From Leucoraja ocellata (taxonomy: Eukaryota), in contig JAWMAR010000666.1 of the NCBI GenBank assembly GCA_036785375.1, forward strand, positions 434,001 to 498,000: a DNA stretch of 64,000 nucleotides. Direction: 5' to 3'. Positions 38,221-51,551 of the stretch are shown one piece after another; within the stretch, counting starts at the first letter, position 1, and the number at the start of each line of letters is the position of its first letter. Made by a program: the position numbers and the translations under genes. The notes beneath the pieces were generated by a model. The model was not told where the DNA came from and searched no databases. It saw nothing but the letters and a program-made list of their open reading frames with translations.

Positions 38221-39047
38221 CTGGATAGGTCAGGTGTGGTACATGGATAGGCCAGGTGGGTTACATGGATAGGACAGGTGTGTTACATGGATAGAACAGG
38301 TGTGGTACATGGATAGGACAGGTGTGTTACATGGATAGGCCAGGTGTGGTACATGGATAGGACAGGTGTGTTACATGCATAGGACAGGTGTGTTACATGG
38401 ATAGAACAGGTGTGGTACATGGATAGGACAGGTGTGTTACATGTATAGGACAGGTGTGGTACATGGATAGGACAGGTGTGTTACATGTATAGGACAGGTG
38501 TGGTACATGGATAGAGCAGGTGTGTTACATGGATAGGACAGGTGTGTTACATGGATAGAGCAGGTGTGTTACATGGATAGGCAGGTGTGGTACATGGATA
38601 GGACAGGTGTGTTACATGGATAGGACAGGTGTGGTACATGGATAGGACAGGTGTGTTACATGGACAGGACAGGTGTGTTACATGGATAGGACAGGTGTGG
38701 TACATGGGTAGGACAGGTGTGTTACATGGATAGGACAGGTGTGGTACATGGATAGGACAGTTGTGTTACATGTATAAGACAGGTGTGGTACATGGATAGG
38801 ACAGGTGTGTTACATGGATAGGACAGGTGTGGTACATGGATTGGACAGGTGTGTTACATGGATAGGACAGGTGTGGTACATGGATAGGACAGTTGTGTTA
38901 CATGTATAAGACAGGTGTGGTACATGGATAGGACAGGTGTGGTACATGGATAGGACAGGTGTGGTACATGGATAGGACAGGTGTGTTACATGGATAGGAC
39001 AGGTGTGTTACATGGATACGACAGATGTGGTACATGGATTGGACAGG
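38221..39047. repeat. 21-bp minisatellite (~39 units) derived from CR1 3' sequence
   Basis: acatggataggacaggtgtg(g/t)t repeats run directly into the CR1 3' end at 39048-39170. Confidence 0.93.
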
Positions 39048-40575
39048 TTTGGAGGGATATTGACCAAAGGCGGGCAGGTGAGACTAGTGTAGCTGGGACA
39101 TGTTGGCCAGTGTAGGCAAGTTGGGATGAATGACCTGTTTCCACACAGTATCACTCTACGACTCTATGACTCTAATTATATGCTGGCCATTTCCAATTCA
39201 ACAGTCGCACCAACCATTTTCCTACCTCTCCCAATCTGCTCTCTCCATGAAGGATCTATTTGCATTATTATACTGTCTGTTTCCATGGCATTCAGCAGCC
39301 TCTACTCCACAGCTCCATGTGGCGTGTGTTACTGCCGAGTGTGGACACATCAGGCCTGTACTTGCCATTCACACACTAGCTGGCATTTCCCGTTTCCGAT
39401 TTCCATCATCCACAGGATTCTTTCCTCTCATTATCACCACAGTTCCAGCACTTAAAGCTGGGAAGAGACTACATGCCTCCCAATTCACCATTTTCCTCCT
39501 AAATATTTAAACCTCACATCACACTGATGATCAGTTCTTATCTGGGTTACCCAGTTCTCAATATCCTGCGTGAATCTTCAGTTAACAGATTCAAATTGAC
39601 TTCAAGGAAAGATAATCCAACTGTCCATGCAAACCTGTCTGCCATGTGTACTCAGTCATGTGTAGAGAGTCTGTATCTTGGTGGGGGAATGTTGGCCAGG
39701 ACCCTGGGAGAACTCCTTGCTCATTAAATAATGTTCTGAGCTGTTCCATTCCACCACAAATGTTGGATTCAGAGTATATTGAACCAGACCCCACCTGCAA
39801 CGGTCACTGAAGTGTCAGCTCATATTGTGAGCTCTGCTACTGAAGTGACTCTCAAGTGGAGGAGAAGTCAGGCTTTCATTGGGTTTACAAAGTCATGAAT
39901 GATTTGAAGTGAATCCAGAAACATTTCTTGTTCAGTGTTTGTGGCTGCATTCGAATCACAATTGTGTTTAAATATGAATCTGTGTTTAAACAATTTCCAC
40001 TCTGAAATGGCATTAATTTACAAGGCACGGGCATTACTGGCAATGCCAGCATTTAATGCCCATCTCCATTTGCCTCTGAACCAAGTTGACGGGGGGGGAT
40101 TATGGATCAAAGTGTACAACATTGCTGCGTGTCTGGGGAATACATGCACTCACAGACTGGGGAAGGGCAGCAGATTTGTTCTTTAAAGGACATTTTTCAA
40201 CCTGCTTGATTCCTTGGTGTGTGGGAGAGTGAAGGCAGTGTATTCTGTGTACCCCTGACCAGTTTAATTGGTGGGAAAGGAAAGTACACAAGAATATATG
40301 GCTATTGAACTGCAGAGGCGAGTTTATACCGAAGGCAGACACAAAATGCTGGAACAACTCACTGGGTCAGGCAGAGGAATAGTTGACGTTTCAGGTTGAA
40401 AATATATGACAGCAGCTTTCATTATGTATTGAATCTTTTATATGAGCAATATGTCCAGACCAATGATATTTGGAAGAGTTCCAAACTATAACAAAATAAT
40501 CACATTTACTTTCTTGAAATCGCCAGAACGAAAGATTCTACAAATATTCTGAAGTTTAACCATTGTATTTTCTAG

Positions 40576-40923
40576 AGGAGTTCTATGTGATTGTGCCGGA
40601 CTATCCGGTGGTGGCCATGGTGGGTGAAGATGCCCTATTGGAATGTCAGAAGGTACCAGATACATCACTGGACGCTCTGGAGGTCCGATGGTTTACAACG
40701 AGCCCGGGATCACCGGTACATTTATACACCAGCGGCCAGGACGGAGCTGAGGTGCAGGACGAGGCTTATCGAGGGAGGACGGAACTCTTTCGGGAAGAGT
40801 TTCCCCATGGAAATGCCTCGCTTAAACTGAAGAGGGTCAAAGTATCAGATGCTGGAATGTACACGTGTTCCATCAGCACCCCCACATCCCGTCAGCAGGA
40901 GGCGCTGCGGCTGCAGGTTGTAG
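40576..40923 (+). CDS. Butyrophilin-like IgV exon 2 (348 nt, phase 1-1)
   Basis: tttctag| ... |gtgagt; VGEDALLEC, EVRWF, QDEAYRGRTELF, GNASLKL and DAGMYTC motifs. Confidence 0.95.
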
Positions 40924-41089
40924 GTGAGTCCCTCTGGTTTACATCAAGGTTTACACCGGGAATGACAGTAAGCAGCCCCTCACACTGGCATTTTACTGGG
41001 AAGTTCAAGGGTTATTGACAATGTAGATCGCTGCCTCGGCAGAGGCTGTGAGTGACAGTGCCCGGAACGGAATGGCAACGGTGAGGTTG

Positions 41090-41873
41090 TGTGGCAAAAA
41101 CGGGAAAGCAGACTATTATCTAAATGGTGGCCGATTGGGAAGGGGGGAGATGCAGCGAGACCTGGGTGTCATGGTATACCAGTCATTGAAGGTAGGCATG
41201 CAGGTGCAGCAGGCAGTAAAGAAAGTGAATGGTATGTTAGCTTTCATTGCAAAATGATTTGAGTATAGGAGCAGGGAGGTTCTACTGCAGTTGTACAGGG
41301 TCTTGGTGAGACCACACCTGGAGTATTGCGTACAGTTTTGGTCTCCAAATCTGAGGAAGGACATTATTGCCATAGAGGGAGTGCAGAGACGGTTCACCAG
41401 ACTGATTCCTGGGATGTCAGGACTGTCTTATGAAGAAAGACTGGATAGACTTGGTTTATACTCTCTAGAATTTAGGAGATTGAGAGGGGATCTTATAGAA
41501 ACTTCCAAAATTCTTAAGGGGTTGGACAGGCTAGATGCAGGAAGATTGTTCCCGATGTTGGGGAAGTCCAGGACAAGGGGTCACAGCTTAAGGATAAGGG
41601 GGAAATCCTTTAAAACCGAGATGAGAAGAACTTTTTTCACACAGAGAGTGGTGAATCTCTGGAACTCTCTGCCACAGAGGGTAGTTGAGGGCAGTTCATT
41701 GGCTATATTTAAGAGGGTTAGATGTGGCCCTTGTGGCTAAGGGGATCAGGGGGTATGGAGAGAAGGCAGGTACGGGATACTGAGTTGGATGATCAGCCAT
41801 GATCATATTGAATGGCGGTGCAGGCTCAAAGGGCTGAATGGCCTACTCCTGCACCTAATTTCTATGTTTCTAT
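41090..41873 (+). mobile_element. CR1 3' fragment
   Basis: ORF 41291-41740 and 3' tail. Confidence 0.9.
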
Positions 41874-42321
41874 GTGTGTAGGAAGGAACTGCAGATGCAG
41901 GTTTACACCGAATGTAGACACAAAATGCTGGAGTAACTCAGCGGGACAGGCAGCATGTGTAGAGAGAAGGAATGGGTGACGTTTCGGCTCGAGACCCTTC
42001 TTCAGTCTGGGAATCATGGGAGAGGGAGTGTAGAGATATAGAAGGGTAAGGTGTGAAAAAGAGAAATCAAAGGGGACGCGGTTCAAGGAGAATGTAGAAC
42101 GGATGATTGTTAGCTGAAGGGGAAGGTGACAACGAGGTGATGGGCAGTAACGTGGGGATACCCGGTGACCCATCCATTGGTGTTCCCACCGTTGCTGTTT
42201 CTGTAGCTCTTCAGGCCCCGGCATCATCTGCTGCTCACTGACCCAGCACACGGACAGAAAGCCCTTTCGTGGCGAGATACATGTGTAACAATCGTGTTTA
42301 CCGATTACATCCTGATTGTAG

Positions 42322-42606
42322 GATTTGGTCTCCGGCCCTGGATCCGCTTGGAGGAAAGCACCACACAAGGAGTACGTGTGGTGTGTAAGTCGGATGGATG
42401 GCTTCCCAAGCCGGAGATACGGTGGCTGGATGGGAGTGGACAAGATGTAACAGAACGGTCTGACACATTGTTTACTGAGGACCCCAGCGGGATGTTCACT
42501 GTCCACAGTCACATTGATGTCACAAGTGATTCTGTGAACAGGTATTCCTGTTACATACGGAGTAAAATACTGGGGAAAACACAAGAGGCCCATCTCCAGA
42601 TATCAG
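42322..42606 (+). CDS. Butyrophilin-like IgC exon (285 nt, phase 1-1)
   Basis: ttgtag| ... |gtatgt; GVRVVCKSDGWLPKPEIRW...GMFTVHSHI...YSCYI is the BTN/B7 C domain. Confidence 0.95.
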
Positions 42607-43422
42607 GTATGTGGGAACCTGGGAAACATTCAACAAAAGCGAGTTCTGAACGAACTTTCACTGCGCTAAAGGCATTAACGTTTGCGTGGACCCACCAGCA
42701 CTGTACTGGTCTGGTCTCATTCCCATGGAGCAGCTTTTCTTGTTTGAGCCCAGATGGTCTCTCACTGCAGAACTATCTGAGACCACAAATAGACACAAAG
42801 TGCTGGAATTATTCAGCGGGTCAGGGAGAATCTCTGGTGAAAAAGGATGGATGACGTTTCGGGTTGGAACCCTTCTTCAGAGATGCCGCTGAGATACTCC
42901 AGCATTTTGTGAATAAACCAGCATCTGCAGTTCCTTCCTACACATTTTATCTGTGGCCACACCTGTCCACTGTCTCTTCTCCACCCCCCTCCATCACATC
43001 TGTTTCCAGATCTTTGGCCACTTCTCCACTTTGCGCTGCCACTGATATCTAACTGTCCATACACCAAACACATTAACATGACCAGACACATTGACCACTT
43101 TGCAAAGTGTATGCTTTCTTTCACAAGGCACGACATCAATATAAACACTCATAGCCGATGATTTAATTCACCTGTGTAATCTCCATTAGATCGGCATTGA
43201 GTTTACTGTGTATAAACGAGATTTAAATGTTTAGAATAACAGCCCCGTGTCTGCGGTGCTGTAGTAGCAGGCATGAAAAATCTGAATCTGACTTTCTTCC
43301 CTCTAGAGATGCTGCCTGACCCACTGAGTTACTCCAGCATTTTGTGTTTGTCTTTGGTTTAAACCAGCATCTGCAGTTCCTTCCTGTTGCTGTTACTAAT
43401 CTATTTTCATTCACCTGTGTAG

Positions 43423-43542
43423 ATGAATTCTTTCCTAAAACCAACCCTTGGCTGCTGGTTTTCTGGTTGTTTGTGGCCCTCGTGGTTACAGCTGCTGCTT
43501 TCAATATAATGTTGCACAGAAAAGAAGATAAAATGATTAAAG
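43423..43542 (+). CDS. Butyrophilin-like transmembrane exon, copy B
   Basis: Canonical AG/GT, phase 1-1; (D)EFFPKTNPWLLVFWLFVALVVTAAAFNIMLHRKEDKMIK. Confidence 0.9.
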
Positions 43543-43590
43543 GTGAGAGCCAAGATATGGTGCCGTGTTATTGCATTCAGAAGGTTTATA

Positions 43591-46500
43591 CTGATGTACT
43601 AGTGGCCAGAGGATCTGGGGTGACGGAGGAACTGAAGGAAATCCACATTAGGCAGGAAATGGTGTTGGATAGACTGATGGGAGTGAAGGCTGATAAATCC
43701 CCAGGGCCTGATGTTCTGCATCCCAGGTTACTTAAGGAAGTGGCTCTAGAAATCGTGGATACATTGGTGACAATTTTCCTATGTTCTATAGACTTGGGAT
43801 CTGTTCCTGTGGATTAGAGGGTAGCTAATGTTATCCCACTTTTTAAGAAAGGCGGGAGAGAGAAAACAGGGAATTATAGACGTTAGCCTGACATTGGTGG
43901 TGGGGAAGATGCTGGAGTGAATTATAAAAGATGAAATAGCCGCACATTTGGATAGCAGTAACAGGGTCGGTCCGAGTCAGCATGGATTAACAAAGCTGAA
44001 ATCATGTTTGATTAACCTTCTGGAAATTTTTTGAGGATGTAACTAGGAAAATGGACAAGGGAGAGCCAGTGGATGTAGTGTACCTGGACTTTCAGAAAGC
44101 ATTTGATAATGTCCCATATAGGGGATTAGTGGGCTAAATTAGGGCACATGGTATTGGGGGTAGAGTGCTGACATGGATAGAAAATTGGTAGACAGGAAAC
44201 AAAGAGTAGGGATTAACGGGTCCCTTTCAGAATGGCAGGCAGTGACTAGTGGGGTACCGCAAGGCTCGGTGCTGGGGCCAGCAATGACTAGTGGGGTACC
44301 GCAAGGCTCGGTGCTGGGGCCAGCAATGACTAGTGGGGTACCGCAAGGCTCGGTGCTGGGGCCAGCAGTGACTAGTGGGGTACCGCAAGGCTCGGTACTG
44401 CGACCAGCAGTGACTAGTGGGGTACCTACCGCAAGGCTCGGTGCTGGGACCAGCAGTGACTAGTGGGGTACCGCAAGGCTCGGTGCTGGGACCAGCAGTG
44501 ACTAGTGGGGTACCTACCGCAAGGCTCAGTGCTGTGGCCAGCAATGACTAGTGGGGTACCGCAAGGCTCGGTGCTGGGACCAGCAGTGACTAGTGGGGTA
44601 CCGCAAGGCTCGGTGCTGGGACCAGCAGTGACTAGTGGGGTACCGCAAGGCTCGGTGCTGGGGCCAGCAGTGACTAGTGGGGTACCGCAAGGCTCGGTGC
44701 TGGGGCCAGCAGTGACTAGTGGGGTACCGCAAGGCTCAGTGCTGGGACTGCAGCTATTTACAACATACATCAATGATTTGGATGAAGGGATTCAAAGTAG
44801 TATTAGCAAATTTGCAGATGACACAAAGCTGGGTGGCAGTGTAAACTGTGAGGAGGATGCTATGAGAATGCAGGGTGACGGACAGGTTGGGGGAGTGGGC
44901 AGATGCATGGCAGATGCAGTTTAATGTGGATAAATGTGAGGTTATCCACATTGGTAGCAAAAGCAGGAAGGCAGATTATTATCTGAATGGTGTCAAGTTG
45001 GGAAAAGGGGCAGTACAACAGGGTCTGGGGGTCCTTGTTCATCAGTCCCTGAAAGTAAGCATGCAGGTACAGCAGGCAGTGAAGAAAGCCAATGACATGT
45101 TAGCCTATATAACAAGAGGAGTCGAGTATAGGAGCAAAGAGGTCTTTCTGCAGTTGTACAAGGCCCTAGTGAGACCACACTTGGCGTATTGTGTGCAGTT
45201 TTGGTCCCTTAATTTGAGGAAGGACAATCTTGCCATTGAGGTAGTGCAGCGTAGGTTCACCAGGTTAATTCCCGGGATGGCGGGACTGTCATATGCTGAG
45301 AGAATGGAACAGCTGGGCTTGTACACTCTGGAGTTTAGAAGGATGAGAGGGTATCTCATTGAAACATAATAGATTGTTAAGGATTTGAACACGCTAGAGG
45401 CAGGAAACATGTTCCCGATGTTGGGGGAGTGCAGAACCAAGGGCTACAGTTTAAGAATAAGGTGTCGGCCATTTAGAATGGAGCCGATGAAACACTTTTT
45501 CTCACAGAGAGTGGTGAGTCTGTGGAATTCTCTGCCTCAGAGGGCAGTGGAGGCCAGTTCTCTGGATACTTTCAAGAGGGAGTTATTTAGGCATCTTCAA
45601 GATAGCGGAGTCGGGGGATATGGGGAGAATGCAGGAACGGGGTAATGATTGGGGATGATCAGCTATGATCATATTGAATGGCGGTGCAGGCTCGAAGGGC
45701 CAAATGGCCTACTCCTGCACCTATTGTCATTGTCTATTGTCTATTCTACATTTTCCTTGAACTGCATCTCATTTTATCTCTCGTTTTCACACCTCACCCT
45801 TCCTTATCTCTCATTTCCTTCTCCCCTGACTCGCAGTTGGAAGAAGGGTCTCCAATGTTCGCTCAAATCTGGATCAGTTCCGGTGGACTGGAGGGGGGAC
45901 ACTTTTTAAGAAAGGAGGGAGAGTGAAAATGGGGAATTATAGCCCAGTTAGCCTTACATCGGTAGTGGGGAAGATGCTGGAGTCGATTGTTAAAGATGTT
46001 ATAGCAACCCTTTTGGAAAGCAGTGACTGGATCAGTCAAACTCAGCATGGATTTGTGAAGGGGAAATCATGCTTGACTAATCTTCTGGTATTTTTTGAGG
46101 ATGTAACAAGTAGAATGGATAAGGGAGAGCCAGTAGATGTGGTGTATCTGGACTTTCACAAAGCTTTTGACAAGATCCAACACAAGAGATCAGTGCAAAA
46201 TTAGAGCACATGGTATTGGGGGTAGGGTATTGACATGGATAGAGAACTGGTTGGCAGACAGGAAGTATAGAGTAGGAATTAATGGGTTCTTTTCAGAATG
46301 GCAGGCACTGACTAATGGGGTGCCGCAAGGCTCGGTGCTGGGACACCAGTTATTTACAATGTATATAAATGATTTAGACAAGGGAATTAAATGTGACATC
46401 TTCAAGTTTACAGACGACACAAAGCTGGGTGGCAGTGTGAGCTGCGATGAGGATGATATAAGGGTGCAGGGTGACTTGGATAGGTTGAGTGAGTGGGCAG

Positions 46501-47490
46501 ACGCATGGCAGATGCAGTACAATGTGGATAAATGTGAGGTTATTCACTTTGGTGGCAATAAGAGGAAGGCAGATTATTGTTAGTATCATGTCAGATTATA
46601 AAAAAGGGGAGGTGCAACGAGACCTGGATGTGTTTGTACATCAGTCACTGAAAGTAAACATGCAGGCACAGCAGGCAGTGAAGAAAATTAATTGCATGTT
46701 GCCTTTCATTGCAAGAGGATTTGAGTTTAGGAACAAGGAGATCCTACTGTTGTTGTACAGGGCCCTGGTGAGACAACACCTGGAGTATTGTGTGCAGTTT
46801 TGGTCTCCAAATTTGAGGAAGGACATTATTCCTATTGTGAGAGTGCAGCGTAGGTTCACCAGATTAATTCCCGGGATGGCGGGACTGATGTATGATGACA
46901 GAATGGGTTGACTGTTCAAGTGAGTTTATTGTCATGTGTCCCTGATAGGACAATGAAAGTCTTGCTTTGCTTCAGCACAACCGAACATAGTAGGCATTTA
47001 CTACAAAACAGATCAATGTGTCCATATACCATAATATAAATATATACACACATGAATAAATGATGGGCTTGTATTCATTGGAATTTAGTAGGATGGGAGG
47101 TGATCTTATCGAAACATATAACATTCTTAAAAGATTGGACAGGCTAGATGCAGGAATTTGTTTCTCGATGTTGGGGGTGTCCAGAACCAGGCGTCACAGT
47201 TTAAGAATAAAGGGTGGGCTATTTAGAATGGAAATGAGGAAAATAATTTACCCGGAGAGTTGTGAATCTGTGTAATTCTCTCCCACAGAAGGCAGTGGAG
47301 GCCAATTCATTGGATATTTTCAAGATAGTCGGATTTAGCTATTAGGGCTAAAGGAGTTAAGGGATATGTGGAAAAAGCTGGAACTGTGTACAGATGTTAA
47401 ATGATCAGCCATGATCATATTGAATGGCAGTGCTGGCTGAAAGGGTCGAATATCCTATTCCTGCACCTAATTTGTTATGTTTCTATGAAC
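43591..47490 (+). mobile_element. Two tandem decayed CR1 copies (paralogues of 1301-4830)
   Basis: RT motifs; same breakpoints as copy A. Confidence 0.9.
44239..44750 (+). repeat. 42-bp tandem repeat (12 units) inside CR1 RT
   Basis: Same unit as 2021-2146; two units carry a 4-bp tacc duplication. Confidence 0.95.
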
Positions 47491-48215
47491 CGAAACATCA
47501 CCCATTCCTTCTCTCCAGAGATGCTGCCTGTCCCGTATTTACTCCAGCATTCTGTGTCTATCTTGAATCATGGAGGTGTCTTTGTACAATGGCCGGTCAT
47601 GAAGTCAGAAGAGACAAGGTCTCTCCGAGCAACGACCAGGTCTTGTTGTTTGAGAAAAGGCTGATCAAGTATAAACATTAGCGTGAGAGTCCAAATGGCA
47701 CTGTTGTGTATTCCACATCGGTGTGACAAAACCCACAGGTTTACGACTGGGCCAACTGAAGGCTCCTCTGGTGGTTTCCTCAGCTCTGCACCACAGGGAC
47801 AGCTGGAGTTACGACTCGAGTTGTTGAACCTCAAAATTGAGACTGAGGCGAGAGGAGAAAACCTCAATGAGCCACAGCAGATGGTGCAGAAAGGAAGTAG
47901 GGAAATCCCTTTCACACAACCCATGTGAAGGCTGTGGGATTCACTGCCTAAAGGGTGGAGGAAGCAAGCCTCGGCACATGGGGAAGGTTATTGGAGGAAG
48001 TCTCGGTGTGCAGGGTCCTTGTGGACAGTTGCAGGTAAAGTTTATCTTCATCACCGTCTCCTCTGGCTCTGGTGAATGTGGGGTCCTTGTGCCCCCCCTC
48101 CCAGCTCAGTATCTCAATCCAGAGGGCACCGTGTGAATTGTACCCTGTTTATGTACAACGTGGAACCTGCTGCCGGCCTCACTCACTGTCATGTTCCTGC
48201 TTCTTGTTTTTTCAG

Positions 48216-48242
48216 AACTGCAGCTGTTTCTCTCTATGGAAG
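48216..48242 (+). CDS. BTN 27-nt micro-exon 1, copy B
   Basis: ttttttcag|...|gtaaga; (E)LQLFLSME; phase 1-1. Confidence 0.78.
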
Positions 48243-48659
48243 GTAAGATATTTCTGAGACAGCAGAGGAACGGGCCATTCGGCCCAAACTGTCTGATTAT
48301 GAGAAGCAATGATAGGATAGGTCAACACCTTATTTCCTGCGTAGGTATCACAAGTAATAGGTGATGAGGTGAGAGGGCGATGTTTGCAGAGATCTGAGCA
48401 GTGATGTTTTAACACAGAGAATGGTTTTGTAATCTGAATCATGTTATCAGAGAACGTGGTGAATCCAGGCAGAGTGACCACACACAGAACAAAACATACA
48501 ACATGGAACAGTACAGGAACAGATCCGTCAGACCACGGATAGACACAAAAAGCTGGAGTTACTCAGCGGGACAGGCAGCATCTCTGGAGAGAATGAACCC
48601 ATTCCTTTTCTCCAGAGATGCAGCCTGTCCACTGAGTAACTTCAACTTTTTGTGTCTAT

Positions 48660-51030
48660 CCTAGATTCTCCCACTAGTGGAAACATCCTCTCCTCATCCA
48701 CTCTATCCAGGCCTTTCACTATTCTGTACGTTTCAATGATGTTCCCCCCCCCTCATTCTTCTAAACTCCAGCGAGTACAGGCCCAGTGCCGACAAACGCT
48801 CATCATAGGTTAACCCACTCATTCCTGGGATCATTCTTGTAAACCTCCTCTGGACCCTCTCCAGATACAGCACATCCTCCCTCAGATATGGTGCCCACAA
48901 TTGCTCCAAATGCAGCCTGTCCAGTGCCTTATAGATCCTCAACATCACATCCCTAATGTTGTATTCTAGCCCTCTTGAGATAAATGTTAGCATTGCGTTT
49001 GCTTTCTTCACTATCGATTTGACTTGCAGAGTAACTTTGAGGGAATCCTGCACCAGCTCCCAACTTGTTTTGCACCTCCCATTTCTGGATTCTCTCCCCA
49101 TTTAGAAAATAGTCTGCGTCTTTATTCCTGCTACCAAAATGCATGACTCCACACTTTGCTGCACCACATTGCATCTGCCACTTATCTGCCCACTCTCCCA
49201 ACCTGTCCAGGTTCTTCTGCAGAGTATCTACTTTCTCTACACTACCTGCCCCTCCACCTATTACCGTATCATCCACAAACTTGGCCACAAAGCCTTCAAA
49301 CCCCTCATCCAAATCAGTAATACACAACGTGAAGAGTATCGGCCCCAGCACCGACCCCTGTGGAACTCTGCTAGACACTGGCAGCCAACCAGAAATATCC
49401 CCTTTATTGCCACTCTTTGCCTTCTGCCATCCAGCCAACCTGCTATCCATGTTGGTATCTGCCCTTTGATACCATTCATCTTCCTGAGCAGCTTCACGTG
49501 TGGCATCTTATCAAAGGCTTTCTGAAAATCTAGATAAATAACATCCACAAACTCTCCTTTGTCTGTCCTGCTGTTTACTTCTACAAAGTATTCCTGCAGA
49601 TTCGTCAGACAAACCTCCCCTTCACAAAACAATGCTGACTTTGACCTATTTTATCATGAACCAAGTTCTCCATAAACTCAGCCTTTATAATGGAGTCTAA
49701 AATCTTACCAACCACCGTAGTCAGACTAACCGGCCTATAGTTCCCAATATTCTGCTTTGTTCCCTTCTTGTATAGTGGGGTAATATTGGCAAATTTCCAA
49801 TTGTCTGGAACCACTCCTGACTCTAGTGATTCTTGAAATATCATAGATGCTATGTATTATCTATCTATGTATTAATGCCTCCACAATCTCTAAAGCCACC
49901 TCTTTCAGAACCCTGGGGTACAGTCTATCCAGTCCAGGTGACTTATCCACCTTCAGCCCTTTCAGCTTCCCAAACACCTTCACCTTAGTAATAGCCACTG
50001 CACTAACTTCCACCCCCTGACTCTCTTGTTTCATTCCTTACCAACAGAGCTGCCTCACCCGCCTTGCCCACTTGTCTGTCTGTCTTTCCCATAGGAGGTA
50101 TAACCCTGAATATTCAGCTCCCAGCTCCAATCCTCTTGCAGCCATATCTCTGTAATTCCCACAACATCATGCCTACCAATCTGTAACTGTGCTACAAGCT
50201 CATCCACTTTATTTCTCATCCTACACACATTGAAATACAACACCTTTCATTCTGTATTCACCTCCCCTCCTCTCAAACCAATCCCAAAGTTACCTGACCT
50301 TACTCTCTTATCCCTTCTTTAACTTTCCGTCCTGTTATTTCTGGAGACTTCTGTAGCTTTTCTGCACTCTCTTTCCCTTTAACTCCACCCTTACACTTCC
50401 AATTTGTTACTCTCCACACCCCACTATTTGGTTTGAAGCTCTGTCTACCGCCCTGGCTATAGACTATAGGTACAGGAGTAGGCCATTCGGCCCTTCGAGC
50501 CAGCACCGCCATTCAATGTGATCATGGCTGATCATCCACAATCAGTACCCTGTTCCTGCCTTCTCCCCATATCCCCTGACTCCGCTATCATTAAGAGCTC
50601 TATCGAACTCTCTCTTGAAAGCATCCAGAGAATTGGCCTCCACTGCCTTCCGTGGCAGAGAATTCCACAGACTCACAACTCTCTGGGTGAAAACGTTTTT
50701 CCTCATCTCCGTTCTAAATGGCCTAACCCTTATTCTTAAACTGTGGCCCTTGGTTCTGGACTCCCCCAACATCGGAACATGTTTTCTGCCTCTAGCGTGT
50801 CCAATCCCTTAATAATAATGTTTCAATAAGATCCCCTCTCATTCTTCTAAATTCCAGTGAATACAAGCCCAGCCGCTCCATTCTCTCAGCATATGACAGT
50901 CCCGCCATCCCGGGAATTAACCTGGTGAACCTACGCTGCACTCCCTCCATAGCAAGAATGTCCTTCCTCAAATTTGGAGACCAAAACTGCACACAATACT
51001 CGAGGTGTGGTGTCACCAGGGCCCTGTACC
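48660..51030 (-). mobile_element. CR1 remnants
   Basis: Minus-strand EN/RT ORFs 48733-50243 and a 3' fragment at 50460-51030. Confidence 0.9.
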
Positions 51031-51551
51031 ACTGACATAGTGAGGGAGTAGCTACATGATTTATGAAGAAAAATAATAACATTTGAATTCTATAAATGTC
51101 TCTTTATGAAACATTCTAGATAATTGCTTTAGGAGTGGGTTATTTTATTTTCACTGTTGACTTCATTATCTTGGAAGTGACGTGAATGAGAGTTTTTCCT
51201 GTTCAATTAAAACTGAAAGGACATAAAAAAGCTGTAAGATACCATTGGTTTAAATACATATGTTTTGCTTATTCAGTAAGACTGTACACATTGGGTAATC
51301 TGTGTGGAGCAGCTGAATATTATTATGCCTGTATATAATGAAACAGTTCACTGTTCATTAGATTGGCCACTCGCTAATCCCTTTGTACCAATATTGTCAG
51401 AACAGATTATTGTATAAAATGCTGCACATTCATATTGGATGTGACTAATGTAGTAACTTGTGATCAAAATCCAGCTCGAGGCCATTTATTCTACAATGGG
51501 TATTATTGCTCTTGTATAACAGATATCATATAGTGATGTGTACAGTTTGCC

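Larger units (their letters stand above)
42890..50790 (+). repeat. Segmental duplication copy B (paralogous to 1-8155 and 59345-64000)
   Basis: Direct alignment by eye across unique and repeat sequence. Confidence 0.93.

Noticed and set aside
38221-39047. Regular arrays (also 23631-23920) as possible CRISPR
   Set aside because: Head-to-tail repeats without unique spacers, in eukaryotic DNA with no cas genes.
25275-40923. V(D)J-type rearranging V segments
   Set aside because: Both IgV exons include the G strand and end in splice donors; no heptamer-nonamer RSS seen; motifs are BTN/B7-type.
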